From positions 224,001 through 288,000 of the forward strand of contig JBMNIW010000008.1 in the NCBI GenBank assembly GCA_050951325.1: a stretch of DNA of 64,000 bases, in the 5' to 3' direction. The stretch is from Clostridia bacterium. GTDB taxonomy: Bacteria > Bacillota > Clostridia > UBA1212 > DUPL01. This document shows, in pieces, positions 61,758 through 64,000 of the stretch. A program made the position numbers and the translations under genes. How positions within the stretch are numbered: position 1 is the stretch's first letter; each line of letters begins with the position of its first letter. The notes under the pieces are model-generated. The model was not told the DNA's origin. It saw only the letters and a list, made by a program, of their open reading frames with translations, and did no database searches.

Positions 61758-62615
61758 CTATATATATATCTCATGCATGTTATTCTGTTTGTTCATATTG
61801 AAAAGCAAAACCATCATTACTGCAGTTGCAATACCCGACACCAACAACACCGGTATAGCTGGAAGACTGTCAAATCTCACACCAATAAGCGCTCCAATTA
61901 TTCCATTTATTATGTGGGTGACGTTAAAACCAACATGTAACAATATAGACCCCAGGAGCGACTCTGTCATTTCATATACATAAACGCACACCAGTCCCAT
62001 GACCCCTGCATATATTGCCTGCAACATGTTGCCATGGACTGCGCCAAACACAACAGCTGATATCAATGCCGCTATCCATGCTGCTGAATGCCTTTTCAAG
62101 ACAGTATAAATAAGTCCTCTAAAAACCACCTCTTCCAATATGGGAGCACAGACAACAACAGCCAGTATGATAAATAATACCGGGCCATAAAAAGATGTAT
62201 GTTGATCATGGTCCTCGATCCAGGTTTCGGGTATCGGCACAAGTTCCATCACTGCTATGGATGCCATGTTCAATGCATATCCAAGGAAAAAGGATAACAT
62301 TACGAAAGGCCACTGTATTTTTTTCAGCCTTGTATACTCGTTAAGATTCTTGTTGATAAATATAAAAAAAGCATAAAAAATTATAACTAAAATTATTGTG
62401 GTTAAAACAAATATGGTTGGAACGAGAGCTTCAAAAACTTCCATCAGTTTAATCTGCAACTCTTGCTGACTCATCTCCGGATTCTGTGATAAAATCACCG
62501 GACTTATTGAGAACAAAATAACTATACTAATACCGTTGCTTACCAGAAAGTATACCAGGAAAGCCGCAGCTGCCAACATAATACCTATAAAAAAACGACC
62601 AACTTTAGATTGCAT
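61758..62615 (-). CDS. CPBP (CAAX/Abi) family intramembrane glutamic endopeptidase
   Basis: APILEEVVFRG, FGAVH, H...N motifs. Confidence 0.9.
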   Translation of the reverse strand: MQSKVGRFFIGIMLAAAAFLVYFLVSNGISIVILFSISPVILSQNPEMSQQELQIKLMEVFEALVPTIFVLTTIILVIIFYAFFIFINKNLNEYTRLKKIQWPFVMLSFFLGYALNMASIAVMELVPIPETWIEDHDQHTSFYGPVLFIILAVVVCAPILEEVVFRGLIYTVLKRHSAAWIAALISAVVFGAVHGNMLQAIYAGVMGLVCVYVYEMTESLLGSILLHVGFNVTHIINGIIGALIGVRFDSLPAIPVLLVSGIATAVMMVLLFNMNKQNNMHEIYI

Positions 62616-62636
62616 ACCACACCTCACAAAAATATA

Positions 62637-63533
62637 TTAAATATCCAATGGAATTTCTTCTTCCGAAGGACTTTCCAGCAATACTTCCGGATTACTCAGA
62701 AGCTCTTTAAAAAATTCAATGGAACGTATGTAATAAAAGCCGTTCGACACTCTTTCATCAAGCGTTACCGTAAAATTCATCTTGTATCTATCGCCTTCAG
62801 GATAAATCTTGCCCATTACTACAAATAAGGAACAAGTACCTCTTTCATACAAATGATGGAAAGGAACATTGACAAGGTTTATGCTGCCCAGGTTGCTTAC
62901 AAAAGCGCTTGACTGCATTGGATCCACCTTCTCCAAAGATTTTGGAAACAAGTCAAACTTCAACAATAAATCCATGAGCCCCTTGAATCCCCTGAGCATG
63001 AAAGTTGGCAGCTTGAAAAGAGCATTCAATACATCCGTGGTATCATCATCGCCCTCTTTTGCTTCCCTGATACCGCCCTGCAGTTTCCTCATAACATCAT
63101 CAAGATTCGCAGTCCTTTTGAAAACCGCAAGCACATCGGTTTCAGGCGCATCTTCCGTCATATCCTTTTTCGCCACAAAACAAAGCTTTATATTCCTCCT
63201 CTGATATATTTTGCCTGAAGAAATGAAACGATTAAGATGAGGACGCATTGCCAGGGTCCTAACCAGCGCAGCCATGAACACTCCGAAATATGTATACTTT
63301 CTTATTCCCTTCTCCCGTTTTGCCTGCTCATCCTCGTTCATCCTTTTCACAAAATCAACCAGGTTTGTAGCATCAATAGTTTCACTGAAATATATGCAGG
63401 AAACATTTCTGCCAGGCATCAAAACAGGAACTATGTTCATATATGGATCTATATTCCTAACCCTCCAGCCATCCTTTCTGTCACCAAACTTTCTTGGTCT
63501 GTCGAACTTGCTTTTCTGCGTCTCCTTTGACAT
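62637..63533 (-). CDS. Stand-alone 2-oxoacid dehydrogenase E2-like acyltransferase catalytic domain
   Basis: FVSNLGSI, TLDERVSNGFY; no lipoyl domain; start ATG 63533. Confidence 0.75.
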   Translation of the reverse strand: MSKETQKSKFDRPRKFGDRKDGWRVRNIDPYMNIVPVLMPGRNVSCIYFSETIDATNLVDFVKRMNEDEQAKREKGIRKYTYFGVFMAALVRTLAMRPHLNRFISSGKIYQRRNIKLCFVAKKDMTEDAPETDVLAVFKRTANLDDVMRKLQGGIREAKEGDDDTTDVLNALFKLPTFMLRGFKGLMDLLLKFDLFPKSLEKVDPMQSSAFVSNLGSINLVNVPFHHLYERGTCSLFVVMGKIYPEGDRYKMNFTVTLDERVSNGFYYIRSIEFFKELLSNPEVLLESPSEEEIPLDI

Positions 63534-63547
63534 TTCACACCATCCTT

Positions 63548-64000
63548 CTATAATTTGTCCACTACTTCTCCCAACCTCTTGTATATGCTGTTTTCCTTCA
63601 CATATCCTCTTACGCACGACAAGGGATAAATATTCGTATTACGTCCGATAATTGTTCCAGGATTAAGAACCGTATTGCACCCTACTTCCACAAAATCTCC
63701 AACCAATGCACCAAACTTTCTCAAATTGGTTGGGATTATGCTGCCATCTTCCATCCTCACAGATATGTTCTTCTTGTCCGACTTTACATTCGAAGTAATG
63801 ACTCCCGCACCGAAATGGGCTTTGTAGCCTAGAATGGAATCTCCTACATAATTGAAATGGGGTACCTGCGCATCATTAAACAGAATGGAATTCTTTACCT
63901 CAGTCGAATTCCCTACAACAGCATCTTCACCTACAATAACATTGCCTCTAATGTAAGCACAATGCCTTATCTCTGCTCCCCTGCATATGATTGCAGGACC
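63548..64000 (-). CDS. GlmU-like left-handed beta-helix nucleotidyl/acetyltransferase, partial (5' end outside window)
   Basis: Reads ...IRHCAYIRGNVIVG..AVVGNSTEVKNSILF..QVPHFNYVGDSILG..AHFGAG..TSNVKSD...KFGALVGD.VEVGCN. Confidence 0.85.
   Translation of the reverse strand, partial: GPAIICRGAEIRHCAYIRGNVIVGEDAVVGNSTEVKNSILFNDAQVPHFNYVGDSILGYKAHFGAGVITSNVKSDKKNISVRMEDGSIIPTNLRKFGALVGDFVEVGCNTVLNPGTIIGRNTNIYPLSCVRGYVKENSIYKRLGEVVDKL

Noticed and set aside
1-64000. CRISPR array, rRNA, tRNA, prophage or integrase genes
   Set aside because: No repeat-spacer periodicity or relevant motifs were seen; the only tRNA-like sequence is the tmRNA ends

Overview
A low-GC Firmicute (Clostridia-like; smpB-ssrA, pyrR-pyrP, RsgI-like protein, sortase-type tails) chromosomal window dominated by carbohydrate foraging. 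Positions 1-31 kb carry glycoside hydrolases (GH20, GH38, GH3, GH78, DUF4091/GH123-like, a beta-propeller lipoprotein), a sugar kinase, esterase/phosphatases and regulators; three genes here are broken only by 1-2 nt indels. Positions ~31.4-49.3 kb form an AT-rich, IS-riddled island abutting the 3' end of tmRNA. It holds two inverted IS66 left ends, an IS256 relic, two mosaic copies of a DDE IS bracketing a LacI / DUF1080-like / GH28-like / EamA cargo, an IS110 relic, an intact IS1634 and a truncated DUF4314-like gene with short repeats beside ssrA. Positions 49.3-64 kb are core-like: ssrA, smpB, and pyrR-pyrP with a non-canonical attenuator. They also hold a tightly coupled six-gene operon (three TIM-barrel sugar isomerase-fold proteins, a Thr-nucleophile sulfatase-like enzyme and two Gfo/Idh/MocA oxidoreductases with altered motifs), which is the best candidate for an undescribed catabolic pathway. 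No CRISPR, rRNA or tRNA was seen. All family calls come from motif recognition by eye, not database searches.
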